The notes beneath the pieces are model-generated. The model had not been told where the DNA came from, did no database searches, and saw only the letters and a list, made by a program, of their open reading frames with translations. A stretch of 64,000 bases of DNA. Origin: Candidatus Dojkabacteria bacterium. GTDB lineage: Bacteria; Patescibacteriota; Dojkabacteria; JAOAGR01. Below, one piece after another: positions 37,826 through 47,489 of the stretch. The translations under genes were made by a program, and so were the position numbers. Position 1 is the first letter of the stretch, and each line of letters begins with the position of its first letter. The DNA lies in contig JAOAGR010000002.1 in the NCBI GenBank assembly GCA_026415655.1, positions 64,094-128,093 of the forward strand, given 5' to 3'.

Positions 37826-40471
37826 ATGGATAATTTTATTAATGAAAATTTTAGTAAAAATGCCATCCAAGCAATCAAAACAGCTATGGATGTATGCGTA
37901 AGAGTAGGAGATTCTTCACTCATGATTGAGCATATTTTTGTTGGGATTTTGCATGTTAAAGAAGGTATTGGAGCAAAGATACTCTCAAGGTTAGGTCTCG
38001 ATCCTGATGCTACTATTACGAGTATAGAACATGAATTGTCCAAAAGAATAGAAGTAGACAATCAGGACAAAAAGGTAGATGTGATTCAGATTACGCTTTC
38101 TGAGAGTGTCAAAGAACTTCTAAGAAGGTCTTATGAAGTAGCATCAGAGATGAATCATCCTTATGTGGGTACTGAGCATATATTGCTGTCTATATTAAAA
38201 TTTTCTGATAATCCGTTTGTACAAGAATTGCATAGATTAGGTATCACCTATGAACGTATTCAAAAAGAGATTGAAGAGTTTGTGACATACCCGGTTTATA
38301 ACCGTGTCAACAATAATTCACAGGTTGATAAACCTGAAAATCAAGACAATAAACAAGTTCCACCAACGCCAAGTATGCCACCATTTATACCGGGAATCGG
38401 AAATATCAATCCTAAGGCTTTATTAAACGATATGATGAAGATGTTTGGAGGTGGGCCAGGCGGATATAGTCCTGAAGGGTCATCTTTTCTAGAAACATAT
38501 GGAAGAAATCTCACTTTAGAAGCTAAAAAAGGTAAATTAGATCCTGTGATTGGTAGAGAGGAAGAAATTTTGAGAGTAATGCAAGTATTAGCTCGCAGGA
38601 CCAAAAATAATCCGATACTACTTGGAGATGCGGGTGTGGGAAAGACTGCTGTGGTTGAGGGGCTAGCTCAATATTTGATCTCTGAAGAGGCATCTCCTGT
38701 GCTTTCTAATTTTGAAATATGGTCCATTGATATTTCATCAATTATTGCTGGATCACAATTGCGTGGTGATGTGGAGGGTAAAATATTAGAGCTCATAAAG
38801 GAAGTTACATCAAAAGGCAATATTATCCTTTTCATAGATGAAATTCATACGATTATGGGGGCTGGTGCAACAACAAATAGTTCATTGGACGTGGCAAATA
38901 TATTAAAACCTGCTCTTGCAAGGGGTACTCTCAGATGTATAGGTGCAACAACCGTTGATGAATACAAACAACATTTTGACAATGATCCAGCTCTGCAACG
39001 TAGATTTATGCCTGTGTACATAGAAGAAATGAGTCCAGAGGATACTTTTGCCATTTTAAAAAATCTAAAGCCAATTTATGAAAATTATCACAACGTACAG
39101 ATAGAAGATAGTGCCCTATGGGCGGCTATAAATCTCACAAATAGATTTATTACAGATAGATATTTACCAGATAAGGCCATCGATGTCATAGATGAGGCTT
39201 GTTCTAAAAATAAAATCGAAAGAATAAAGATACCTAAGAAATTTAGAGAATTAAATGCGCAATTGGCAAATGTACGTTTAGCAAAGTATGATGCTGAAAA
39301 GAATGGTGACATAGATAAGGCAGCAGAACTTTTAAATCAAGAAAAAGAACTTACAAAAAAGATCGAGTCAGAAGCTAAGAAAATGCAGAAAAAATGGAAC
39401 ACGCAAAATAAATCTATAACTGTAAAAGATATAAGAAATATCATTGCAAAATGGAGTAAAGTACCATTGGCTACAGTGAGTGATGATGTGGAAACTTTAA
39501 TCAAAAAATTAGAAAAAGACCTAAGAGACAATGTCATTGGTCAGGACCACGCAGTGGATTTAGTTGTTAGTGCTATCAAAAGATCAAAAGCTGGATTGGC
39601 AGGTTATGATAGACCTTTAGCATCATTTCTTTTTGTTGGTGCCACAGGTGTTGGAAAAACAGAATTAGCAAAACAACTTGCAAAATCACTTTTTGGCTCT
39701 AAAGATGACCTTATACAGGTGGATATGAGTGAGTTTATGGAGTCTCATAGTGTATCAAAGCTTATCGGTTCGCCACCTGGATATGTAGGTTATGATCAGG
39801 GAGGACAATTGACAGATAAAGTACGTGAAAACCCATTTAGCGTGGTGCTATTTGATGAGATAGAAAAGGCGAGTCCTGATGTGTTAAATATACTTTTGCA
39901 AATTTTGGACGAAGGTAAGCTGACTGACAGCAAGGGAAGAACAGTTAATTTTAAAAATACCATAATCATAATGACCTCAAATATCGGTGCCGAGTTTGTA
40001 GGTAAAGATTCAAAAGTTGGTTTTTATCTTAAAAAAAAGGAAGAAACAAAAACTAATAAATATGAAAAAGCTTTGGCAGATATAAAAGAAAGAATTGTTG
40101 AAAGTTTAAAAGAATATTTGTCACCTGAATTTTTAAATCGAATAGATGATATTGTTGTATTTAGAGAATTAAATAAGTCAGATGTTGAAAAAATAACAAA
40201 ATTGCAACTTCAAAATCTTGCGAACAGATTGAAAAAAGAATTAAAAGTAGTTATTAAGAATTATGATTCACCTAAAATTGTTAAAGAAACAACGAGATTA
40301 GGCTATTCTGAAGAATACGGTGCACGTGAATTACGCAGAATTATTACATCCATGATTGAGACCAAAGTAGCTGATTTTATTATCAGCAAAAAATGGGATC
40401 CGGATGCTAAAAATGTTCTAAATATAAAGTTGCAAGTCAAAAACGGATCATTTATTGTAAGTGAAGCATAA
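37826..40471 (+). CDS. ClpC/ClpB-family AAA+ chaperone with ClpP-docking VGF loop and a Pro/Gly-rich insertion
   Basis: Clp_N repeats are present. Two Walker A motifs: 'LLGDAGVGKTAVVEGLA' and '[16 protein letters not shown]'. Short M-domain. 'KVGFYL' at 40016-40024 is an IGF-type ClpP loop. Insertion 'QVPPTPSMPPFIPGIGNINPKALLNDMMKMFGGGPGGYSPEGSS' lies after the N-domain. Confidence 0.85.
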   Translation: MDNFINENFSKNAIQAIKTAMDVCVRVGDSSLMIEHIFVGILHVKEGIGAKILSRLGLDPDATITSIEHELSKRIEVDNQDKKVDVIQITLSESVKELLRRSYEVASEMNHPYVGTEHILLSILKFSDNPFVQELHRLGITYERIQKEIEEFVTYPVYNRVNNNSQVDKPENQDNKQVPPTPSMPPFIPGIGNINPKALLNDMMKMFGGGPGGYSPEGSSFLETYGRNLTLEAKKGKLDPVIGREEEILRVMQVLARRTKNNPILLGDAGVGKTAVVEGLAQYLISEEASPVLSNFEIWSIDISSIIAGSQLRGDVEGKILELIKEVTSKGNIILFIDEIHTIMGAGATTNSSLDVANILKPALARGTLRCIGATTVDEYKQHFDNDPALQRRFMPVYIEEMSPEDTFAILKNLKPIYENYHNVQIEDSALWAAINLTNRFITDRYLPDKAIDVIDEACSKNKIERIKIPKKFRELNAQLANVRLAKYDAEKNGDIDKAAELLNQEKELTKKIESEAKKMQKKWNTQNKSITVKDIRNIIAKWSKVPLATVSDDVETLIKKLEKDLRDNVIGQDHAVDLVVSAIKRSKAGLAGYDRPLASFLFVGATGVGKTELAKQLAKSLFGSKDDLIQVDMSEFMESHSVSKLIGSPPGYVGYDQGGQLTDKVRENPFSVVLFDEIEKASPDVLNILLQILDEGKLTDSKGRTVNFKNTIIIMTSNIGAEFVGKDSKVGFYLKKKEETKTNKYEKALADIKERIVESLKEYLSPEFLNRIDDIVVFRELNKSDVEKITKLQLQNLANRLKKELKVVIKNYDSPKIVKETTRLGYSEEYGARELRRIITSMIETKVADFIISKKWDPDAKNVLNIKLQVKNGSFIVSEA

Positions 40472-40968
40472 TGAAATTTAACAGTAACAAAATCGGATAC
40501 ATCATTGTTATTTTTTTGTTTTTTTACGCTTTTTTACCTACTATTGCTCCTGTTTTAGTGTGGCTTGGAGATACTGCTATTTCTAGCTGGATATATAGTA
40601 TCTATTCATTTTTTTGTCATCAAAAATCTAGTAGGTCTATATTTATTTGCGGTAATCAATGTGGATTATGTGCTAGATGCACATTTATATGGTGGTCGAT
40701 GTTTTTTTCTGCTTTTTATACATTTGTAGGTTTTGCTAAATATTATATTAAACCGTTGCATTGGGCTGTAGCAGCAGGTTTTATGTTGCCAATGATTTTG
40801 GATGGTGGTTTACAATTTATCGCGACTCTTGTATCTATTTATACGCAAACAGATCCTTTTTACGAATCCACAAATACAATACGAGCGATTACAGGATCAC
40901 TTTTTGGTGTAGGACTTGGACTTTTTATATTTCCGTTGTTAAAAATAGATCTGAATAATGGTAAATAA
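40471..40968 (+). CDS. DUF2085-family membrane protein
   Basis: 'FFCHQKSSRSIFICGNQCGLCARCTFIW' contains the CHQ...RS...C..CARC signature I associate with DUF2085. The start overlaps the clp stop (ATGA). Confidence 0.55.
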   Translation: MKFNSNKIGYIIVIFLFFYAFLPTIAPVLVWLGDTAISSWIYSIYSFFCHQKSSRSIFICGNQCGLCARCTFIWWSMFFSAFYTFVGFAKYYIKPLHWAVAAGFMLPMILDGGLQFIATLVSIYTQTDPFYESTNTIRAITGSLFGVGLGLFIFPLLKIDLNNGK

Positions 40969-41521
40969 AAGTAACTTAATTTTATTCTCACGTATTGTGT
41001 CTTATGTTTTTGAACCTATATTTATATATTTTATTGCAATGGGCTATCATTTATTCATCAGAGCAAAAATAGACCTGTTTTCTTATGAGTTTTTCCTATA
41101 TTTTGTGCTACCAGTATTGTTATCAATTTTATTTTTGAAAATTTATGGAGTTAAAAAGATTGATTTGAGCAATTATGCTTTAAGAAAAAAATTAGTTTTT
41201 AAAATTTATCCTATATTTGTAGCCGTGATGTTGATTTCTATATTTTTGATCAAAGACCTGAAAACTCATATTTTTCTTACTTTATGTATGTCATTGTGGG
41301 TGATAAGCCTTCTTTACACTAAAACAAGTGCACATGTTTATTTTTTTGTTACATTGCCTTCTATTATAAATTTAGATGTAGGATTAGTATCTCTAATACT
41401 TATTGCTTCTACTTTCATTGCTTATGCACGTTATCAATTAAATAAACATACATTGAGAGATTTATCAGCGGCGTATTTTTTTTCAATTTTGTATTATATT
41501 TCGTATTTTATTTTAGTCTGA
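40958..41521 (+). CDS. Hypothetical polytopic membrane protein
   Basis: 187 aa with about 5 TM helices. Overlaps the preceding gene (translational coupling). Confidence 0.45.
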   Translation: MVNKSNLILFSRIVSYVFEPIFIYFIAMGYHLFIRAKIDLFSYEFFLYFVLPVLLSILFLKIYGVKKIDLSNYALRKKLVFKIYPIFVAVMLISIFLIKDLKTHIFLTLCMSLWVISLLYTKTSAHVYFFVTLPSIINLDVGLVSLILIASTFIAYARYQLNKHTLRDLSAAYFFSILYYISYFILV

Positions 41522-41551
41522 TTTGCGAGGTTATTATGTATATGATCAGGA

Positions 41552-41580
41552 TTGCTTAGACAATAGTCTTATGCTAAAAT
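41552..41580 (+). promoter_or_regulatory. Candidate sigma70-type promoter for tRNA-Asp (and possibly rpsT)
   Basis: -35 TTGCTT (41552-41557), 17-nt spacer, extended -10 TG-C-TAAAAT (41572-41580), about 9 nt before the tRNA 5' end. Confidence 0.4.
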
Positions 41581-41589
41581 CCAAATTAC

Positions 41590-41665
41590 GGGCTCGTAGT
41601 GTAGTGGTTAACATGCCTCCCTGTCACGGAGGAGATCGAGGGTTCGAGTCCCTTCGGGCCCGCCA
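41590..41665 (+). tRNA. tRNA-Asp (anticodon GTC), CCA encoded
   Basis: GGGCTCGTAGTGTAGTGGTTAACATGCCTCCCTGTCACGGAGGAGATCGAGGGTTCGAGTCCCTTCGGGCCCGCCA. Anticodon stem CCTCC/GGAGG, loop CTGTCAC. Confidence 0.9.
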
Positions 41666-41683
41666 ATAAAATTTTTTAAGAAG

Positions 41684-41959
41684 ATGGCAAACTTAAAATC
41701 GTCAAAAAAAGATATAAGACGTATCGAAAGGCGTACAGCTCGTAGAAAACCTTTTGCACGTAATGCAAAATTATTCCCTAAAAAACTAGAGAAACTTATT
41801 GCGCAAGGAAAAACACAAGAAGCACAAGAATTCTTACCCTTAGTATTTAAGACTTTAGACAAAGCTGCAAAGCAAAACATTATCCACAAAAATAAAGCTG
41901 CTAGGATCAAATCAAGAGTTTCTAAAAAGTTATATGCATTAGTTTCTCAGGCCAGCTAA
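41684..41959 (+). CDS. rpsT: 30S ribosomal protein S20
   Basis: 'MANLKSSKKDIRRIERRTARRKPFARNAKL...' is a typical S20. 91 aa. Confidence 0.9.
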   Translation: MANLKSSKKDIRRIERRTARRKPFARNAKLFPKKLEKLIAQGKTQEAQEFLPLVFKTLDKAAKQNIIHKNKAARIKSRVSKKLYALVSQAS

Positions 41960-42570
41960 TGTATATTGTAGGTATTGATGAAGCTGGTAGGGGACCATGG
42001 GCTGGTCCTCTTTTTGTTGCACTCACGGTCATAAATTATGAAAATTTATACAGGTTTATCGAATTGGGTGTTGATGATTCTAAAAAATTATCAGCAAAAA
42101 AAAGAGATAAACTGTTTGAATTTATAGTTTCAAATGTAGATTATTATTCTGTTTTATCAGCAGATGTCGATCTGATTGACAAACTTGGCGTTTATAAGAC
42201 TACGAAAAAACTTATTCAAGATCTTGTTTTTGAATTACCCATAAAATATATGTTTGATTCGAAAATAAAAATAGATGGGGTTTTTGATTCTTTAGACTTG
42301 AAAAGCCGGTGTATTAATTCTCACATAGATTTTGAATGTATTATTGATGGCGACATGAAAGAGGTGTGCATATCTGCAGCCTCTATTGTTGCTAAGGTTC
42401 TAAGGGATAGGGAAATGATTCGACTAGCATCTTTATATCCACAATATGGATTTGATAAACACAAGGGATATGGAACTAAATCTCATATTGAAGCATTGAA
42501 AAAATATGGTGTTTCCCCAGTACATAGAAAAAGTTTTAAACCTATACAGAAATTTTTGGCTTTTTTTTAA
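41959..42570 (+). CDS. rnhB: Ribonuclease HII
   Basis: 'MYIVGIDEAGRGPWAGPLFVA' (DEAGRG active site). 203 aa. Confidence 0.9.
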   Translation: MYIVGIDEAGRGPWAGPLFVALTVINYENLYRFIELGVDDSKKLSAKKRDKLFEFIVSNVDYYSVLSADVDLIDKLGVYKTTKKLIQDLVFELPIKYMFDSKIKIDGVFDSLDLKSRCINSHIDFECIIDGDMKEVCISAASIVAKVLRDREMIRLASLYPQYGFDKHKGYGTKSHIEALKKYGVSPVHRKSFKPIQKFLAFF

Positions 42571-42925
42571 ATCTCCAATAAATTATCTCTCTACCAATTT
42601 CAGCTATTAATGTCTCAAAATCATCTGTCTCCGGATCAAATAGTATTTCAAGAGTTGTATTATCTGTAAAAATGATCAGTATATAATCAGCGTGTATTTT
42701 GATTACATGATAGTTAAATTGATCAATAATTTCATTAATGACTTCAACTTTTCCATCGGCAAGTTTGGACACTTCATTTATATGAACTATTGTCAAATTA
42801 TCACCAAGTTCTTCTTTTAAGATGTTGTAAGCACTATTCATCATCTCCTCAATCTCTGACCAAACAACAACAACTTCTTTTGTAGACTCACATTTGTGCA
42901 GTTGATATGAAAATAATTTTCTCAT
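42542..42925 (-). CDS. Small single-Cys protein co-transcribed with sufS, a possible SufE-like sulfur acceptor
   Basis: 4-bp overlap with sufS. 'LHKCESTKEVVVVW' loosely resembles the SufE 'GCQSQVWL' region. Single cysteine. Weak. Confidence 0.3.
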   Translation of the reverse strand: MRKLFSYQLHKCESTKEVVVVWSEIEEMMNSAYNILKEELGDNLTIVHINEVSKLADGKVEVINEIIDQFNYHVIKIHADYILIIFTDNTTLEILFDPETDDFETLIAEIGREIIYWRFKKKPKISV

Positions 42926-44163
42926 CTGAATATTTTTTTAATTTCTTTTAATGCGTTAATAAATATATCTATTTCTTCCATAGTATTGTAGAAGCATAAA
43001 GATGCTCTTGCAACAGAATTTACTTTTAGTTCGTTCATAATAATCTGTGTGCAATTATGTCCTGTGCGGATTGCTATACCAAAATCATCAAGTATAGTCC
43101 CTACATCATGGGAGTGTACACCTTCAATATTAAATGAAAATATTGGTAAACGTTTCTTATGACTTTTTGACCCATAAAGTGTCAAAAAATTAATATCTAG
43201 TAACTTTTCCAGCATATATTTTGTAAGTTCTTCTTCGTATACCTTTATATTCTCAACACCGATTGATTGGATAAATTTTATTGATGCGTCGAATGCTATT
43301 ACATCGGCTATATTTGGTGTGCCAGCCTCAAATTTATAGGGAATGTCAGCATAAGTTGTATTTTCTCGTGTTACGGTTTTTATCATATCGCCACCGCCCA
43401 TCAGGGGTGTCATTTCTTGTAATAGAGTTTTTTTTCCTATGAGTATTCCTACTCCTGTTGGTCCTAAACATTTGTGTGCTGAGAATGTAAAGAAATCAGT
43501 ATTAATTTGAGTTATATTAACATCAAAATGCCCACAAGCTTGAGCACCATCCACGATGATAATGGCATCGGGATTTTTTTGTCGGATTTTACGGATTATT
43601 GTTTCAACATCATTTATAGATCCAAAAGTATTTGAAACATAAGAGATGGAAACTATTTTTGTGTTTTGATCCACTTTGTCTACTAGATCATCTATATCAA
43701 TATAACCTTCATTTGTAAACTTAGCATATCTAGTCTCAAATTTGCGGTATTTTCTTAAAATCTGCCATGGAACTATATTAGAATGATGTTCAAGATCAGT
43801 AAGTACGATGTTACTTTCCTCTGTAATCAATTCTATACAACCATAAGCAACTATATTTATACTTTCAGTATCATTTTTAGTAAAAATTATTTCATATTCT
43901 TCAGATACATGAAGAAAATTTTTTATTGTATTGCGTACATTTTCATATTTTTCAGTTGCTTCTTGGGATAATGTGTGCACCCCCCTATGAATATTTGCAT
44001 TATAATTTTCATAATATTCGACTAAAGCATCTATCATTACTCTAGGCTTTTGTGTAGTTGCAGCATTATCAAAATATATTAAATTTTTGCCATTTATTTT
44101 TCTTTTAAGTATTGGAAACTGTTTGCGAATATCTGATACATTAAACATGTTATGATTATACAA
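42922..44163 (-). CDS. sufS: Cysteine desulfurase (class II, SufS/CsdA-like)
   Basis: 'NAATTQKPRVMIDALVEYYENYNANIHRGVHTLS', 'FSAHKCLGPTGVGIL' (PLP Lys) and 'RTGHNCTQ' (persulfide Cys), compared with SufS SGHKxxGPTG and RAGHHCA. Confidence 0.85.
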   Translation of the reverse strand: MYNHNMFNVSDIRKQFPILKRKINGKNLIYFDNAATTQKPRVMIDALVEYYENYNANIHRGVHTLSQEATEKYENVRNTIKNFLHVSEEYEIIFTKNDTESINIVAYGCIELITEESNIVLTDLEHHSNIVPWQILRKYRKFETRYAKFTNEGYIDIDDLVDKVDQNTKIVSISYVSNTFGSINDVETIIRKIRQKNPDAIIIVDGAQACGHFDVNITQINTDFFTFSAHKCLGPTGVGILIGKKTLLQEMTPLMGGGDMIKTVTRENTTYADIPYKFEAGTPNIADVIAFDASIKFIQSIGVENIKVYEEELTKYMLEKLLDINFLTLYGSKSHKKRLPIFSFNIEGVHSHDVGTILDDFGIAIRTGHNCTQIIMNELKVNSVARASLCFYNTMEEIDIFINALKEIKKIFR

Positions 44164-44168
44164 CGATT

Positions 44169-44939
44169 ATGCGCGGAAATATAAAAGCTCTTTTATTCTT
44201 CTTGCAGGATTATAATATAGATTTTGTTCAATATGATAAGAACTTCATTGAGGTAAAGTGTGGTTCCAAGAAGTTACTCTTTATCAACTGTCGTGTGCCT
44301 TTTAATGACCATTCAACATCTTCTCTTTTTACAGATAAGTATTTTACTTATCTATTTCTTAAAGATCACATAAAAATGCCAACTACACATTTTTATCTTG
44401 ATCCTTATATAGAAAAAAAATTCTCTAGATATAGAAAGTTTAAAGATTACCAATCAATAATAGACGACATAAACTCACATTTTACTATTCCTTTAGTATT
44501 GAAGCCCAATAGACTATCAAGGAGAAGAAACTTCTTTTTGATAGATGATTCGGCAAAAATAGAAATAGCCGTTCGACGGATTTTTGATCACAAAAGTAAA
44601 AATTATGATTATGGTATGATATCTCAAGAATTTGTTAATATAAAGGAAGAGTATAGAGTAATTGTTATAGCTAACGAAGTTAAACTTGTATATAAAAAGT
44701 GGAGATTTATCAAGATCCATGAGAGGAATATTTTAGACAGAATAGAAACAGTTGTTCAGAACATTACAAAATTTGTAGATCTAAATTTTGTAGGTATAGA
44801 TATAGTTAAAAATAAAGACGAGGAGATATTTTTATTAGAAATAAATAGTGCACCCGATTTTGGACCGTACATCAAACATAATAATATTCAAGATATAGTA
44901 GAAATTTACAAATTTGCTTTTGAGAAATATGTATTTTAA
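44169..44939 (+). CDS. Stand-alone ATP-grasp domain protein (short)
   Basis: 'PLVLKPNRLSRRRNFFLID', 'QEFVNIKEEYRVIVIANEVKLVYKK' and 'VGIDIVKNKDEEIFLLEINSAPDF' follow the ATP-grasp pattern (VlKP..g..G.gv; Rv.vi.g.vv; vlEvN..Pg). 256 aa. Confidence 0.5.
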   Translation: MRGNIKALLFFLQDYNIDFVQYDKNFIEVKCGSKKLLFINCRVPFNDHSTSSLFTDKYFTYLFLKDHIKMPTTHFYLDPYIEKKFSRYRKFKDYQSIIDDINSHFTIPLVLKPNRLSRRRNFFLIDDSAKIEIAVRRIFDHKSKNYDYGMISQEFVNIKEEYRVIVIANEVKLVYKKWRFIKIHERNILDRIETVVQNITKFVDLNFVGIDIVKNKDEEIFLLEINSAPDFGPYIKHNNIQDIVEIYKFAFEKYVF

Positions 44940-44940
44940 A

Positions 44941-45918
44941 TTATCTGATCGCTTTTTCGAGCACGGGTTTTATACCGATCTCATAATTTTGATTTCCTAC
45001 GATTTTTGCCAACAAATTATATGTTTTGGTTTGGCTGGTTTTGCCATCCAAAGTTTTTGTTGTTACCTCTTTAATTTCGTATAAATAAAAAGTAGGTGTT
45101 CCGGTAGTACCCAAAATGTCACTACTGAACCCAGAAATTTTTCTGACGTGCTCTTCATATTGGCCCGAATTTATACATGATTCAAATTTATTAATATCTA
45201 ATGTTTTGCTTGATTTTATGCTATTAAAATATTCTTTTGCCTTATTTAGATCAAATGCCGTAAAATTTTTATAATATATTGTTTTTAATTCAAAAAATGC
45301 TTTAGCATCCTGTTCTCCAGCACAATATAAAGATGAATGCTTTTTTATATCGCCTAAGCCTTGTTTGTCTATAAAAATATAGGTGAGTTTGCCTGTGATC
45401 AAAAAATCACGGGAGAGTTTTTCAAAACTAGAGTCCCTGTTTTGCTGATATCCATGAAACTTTGCACAATTTATACAATCTAAATCGCTGTTTTCAACAA
45501 ATATATATTTTGCGTTTACGTTGTAAGTAAGTATCGGCTGGCCTTCTAATACACTATTTGTAGAGTCATAGTTTTGTGGTATTTTAAAAGAGTAAAATGC
45601 GTATTTTGGTAATATATAAATTAAATTTTTATATATAACATTATGTAAATTGAAAGCAAAAATAAATGTAACCGATACAATGAGACTGCTAACAATAATA
45701 CTTATGGATACTAATAAATTAAAATTGTACTTAAATTTTTTTAATTTACTTTCAATTCGTGGAAATTTTAAATCAAAACTCTGGAATCTCAGTAGAAGAT
45801 TGTGTATTTGTGATTGTATTCGTTTGATTAGAAGTGGTATCGATCTTTTCATGATATAAATATTTTCTATTATATACTGTTTTAAGAAGAATTTCATTAT
45901 AGGGTTGAGGAAGTACAA
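44941..45918 (-). CDS. Membrane-anchored DsbA-like thiol:disulfide oxidoreductase
   Basis: N-terminal TM segment. 'LDCINCAKFHG' is a CxxC motif. 'TTGTPTFYLYE' is a cis-Pro loop like DsbA's 'V.GTPtf'. Confidence 0.55.
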   Translation of the reverse strand: MYFLNPIMKFFLKQYIIENIYIMKRSIPLLIKRIQSQIHNLLLRFQSFDLKFPRIESKLKKFKYNFNLLVSISIIVSSLIVSVTFIFAFNLHNVIYKNLIYILPKYAFYSFKIPQNYDSTNSVLEGQPILTYNVNAKYIFVENSDLDCINCAKFHGYQQNRDSSFEKLSRDFLITGKLTYIFIDKQGLGDIKKHSSLYCAGEQDAKAFFELKTIYYKNFTAFDLNKAKEYFNSIKSSKTLDINKFESCINSGQYEEHVRKISGFSSDILGTTGTPTFYLYEIKEVTTKTLDGKTSQTKTYNLLAKIVGNQNYEIGIKPVLEKAIR

Positions 45919-46208
45919 TATTAGTCTGTTCTATTAGCTTTGGATCTACTTCAAATTTGCTAGATTGATGAAAAAATTCTGCAGCTATCCATATTATTGA
46001 TCCTACTATTACTATTCCTAAAAATATTGATATGCGCAGTGATATAGATTGCATAATAAATACTAACAATCATGAGTTTATTTTACAAGTATAAAATTTA
46101 TCTTATTGAACTTGCTATCACATTTAACATAAATGCAAGAGTTAAAATGCCGACTAAGATAAAAACAAACAAAAATACTATACGAGTTATATTATTGTTC
46201 ATATAAAT

Positions 46209-47489
46209 TTAAATTTTTATTATCATTCCTTTTTGTTTTGTAGGCGTAGTATAAAATTCTATTTCCGAATTTTCAAATTTTTTAGCTAAATCTATCTCTA
46301 GATGTACAATTGGTACTCTGTTTTTATTACGCGAGTTAGTGTATATGGCATTATTAATAACCAATCTAAAAGTACGACCGTTTTTGTTTTTCATCCCAGA
46401 AAGACTAAAACAATAAACAAAATTGGAATTATTGAAATTAAATAAGGGCTGTGTTTTTATTCCTTCAAATGTCAAGTTGTTAAAATGAACAAATTCTACT
46501 GTGGGAGTGTCTAAGCTGAATTTTAAATAATTCTTATTATCACCAAAAGGAACATTTAGTTTACCCAACCTAACAATATATTGCTTTTCTGCGACTGTAC
46601 CATATGAGGTGAATCTATATGACCCCGGCTGTTGTTTTAACATCGGATCATAAGCGATACTTGCCCTACCAAATAATTTTCTTTTTTCAATAAAGTCCTG
46701 AATTTTATATATTGATTTGTCTAATACAATGTTTGTCGAAGAAAAATTGGATAAGAAAAATTCTGTAAGTATTTCCTCGGTGGCTTGTGGACTGAAAACT
46801 ATCGAGCTGTTTTGTAGATTTGCTGTTTTTACTTCTTTAGATTTTTCAAAGAATTCATAATAGTTTCCCACAAATGATAAAATATCGCTAATCTCCTTTA
46901 GTGATGGTTGATAAGATACTGTGTAACTCCAATTTACTACTTTAGGTATAGTTATTTTTAAATCAAACTTAGTATATATAAATTCTTCAGTTATACCACG
47001 AGAACTGTAGAGATATTTGGTTCCATCTATTACTTCTAGATTATAATCTAAGCGTATATTGAGTATTTTGGCTGTTTCTTCTATTAGTTTTATTATCTTG
47101 AATAAATATTCTGGCTCGTAAATAGAATTTGATAATTGTCTGTCATTACATATAACAAGAGGATAAAGACTTTTTGATGGTATAAATATTTTTTCATTAT
47201 CACAAAGAGATAACCTGTTTTCATAAGCTGTTTCTATCCATTCATCAATTTTGTTCAAATAGGTGTTGTCAACTTCACCTTCAGAATATTCCATATCGTT
47301 CCAAACAATCGTATAGAGACCCTTTGAATTTTCTTCTATTTCTATAGGTTTATTTAAATGATGGTTTTTATCAATTTTGTTGTTGAATTCAACTTTATAA
47401 TATTCATTGTTGTAAAGAACATAATCAACTATCTGCTTTTTAGAAAGTAAATTTTGCAATTTTTGAGCGAGCTTTTCGGTTAAATTCAT
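46209..47489 (-). CDS. Hypothetical protein (426 aa), last gene of a three-gene operon
   Basis: 4-bp overlap with the upstream gene. No motif confidently recognised. A faint TldD/PmbA-like C-terminal impression that I cannot substantiate. Confidence 0.45.
   Translation of the reverse strand: MNLTEKLAQKLQNLLSKKQIVDYVLYNNEYYKVEFNNKIDKNHHLNKPIEIEENSKGLYTIVWNDMEYSEGEVDNTYLNKIDEWIETAYENRLSLCDNEKIFIPSKSLYPLVICNDRQLSNSIYEPEYLFKIIKLIEETAKILNIRLDYNLEVIDGTKYLYSSRGITEEFIYTKFDLKITIPKVVNWSYTVSYQPSLKEISDILSFVGNYYEFFEKSKEVKTANLQNSSIVFSPQATEEILTEFFLSNFSSTNIVLDKSIYKIQDFIEKRKLFGRASIAYDPMLKQQPGSYRFTSYGTVAEKQYIVRLGKLNVPFGDNKNYLKFSLDTPTVEFVHFNNLTFEGIKTQPLFNFNNSNFVYCFSLSGMKNKNGRTFRLVINNAIYTNSRNKNRVPIVHLEIDLAKKFENSEIEFYTTPTKQKGMIIKI

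Noticed and set aside
41608-41910. 100-aa minus-strand ORF overlapping tRNA-Asp and rpsT
   Set aside because: It is antisense to two confidently identified genes.
45773-46069. 98-aa minus ORF overlapping the 5' end of the DsbA-like gene
   Set aside because: Its 3' end overlaps the DsbA-like ORF by about 146 bp in a different frame. It could be a real small TM protein if the DsbA-like gene starts at an internal Met, but I cannot decide from sequence alone, so it is not listed as a feature.
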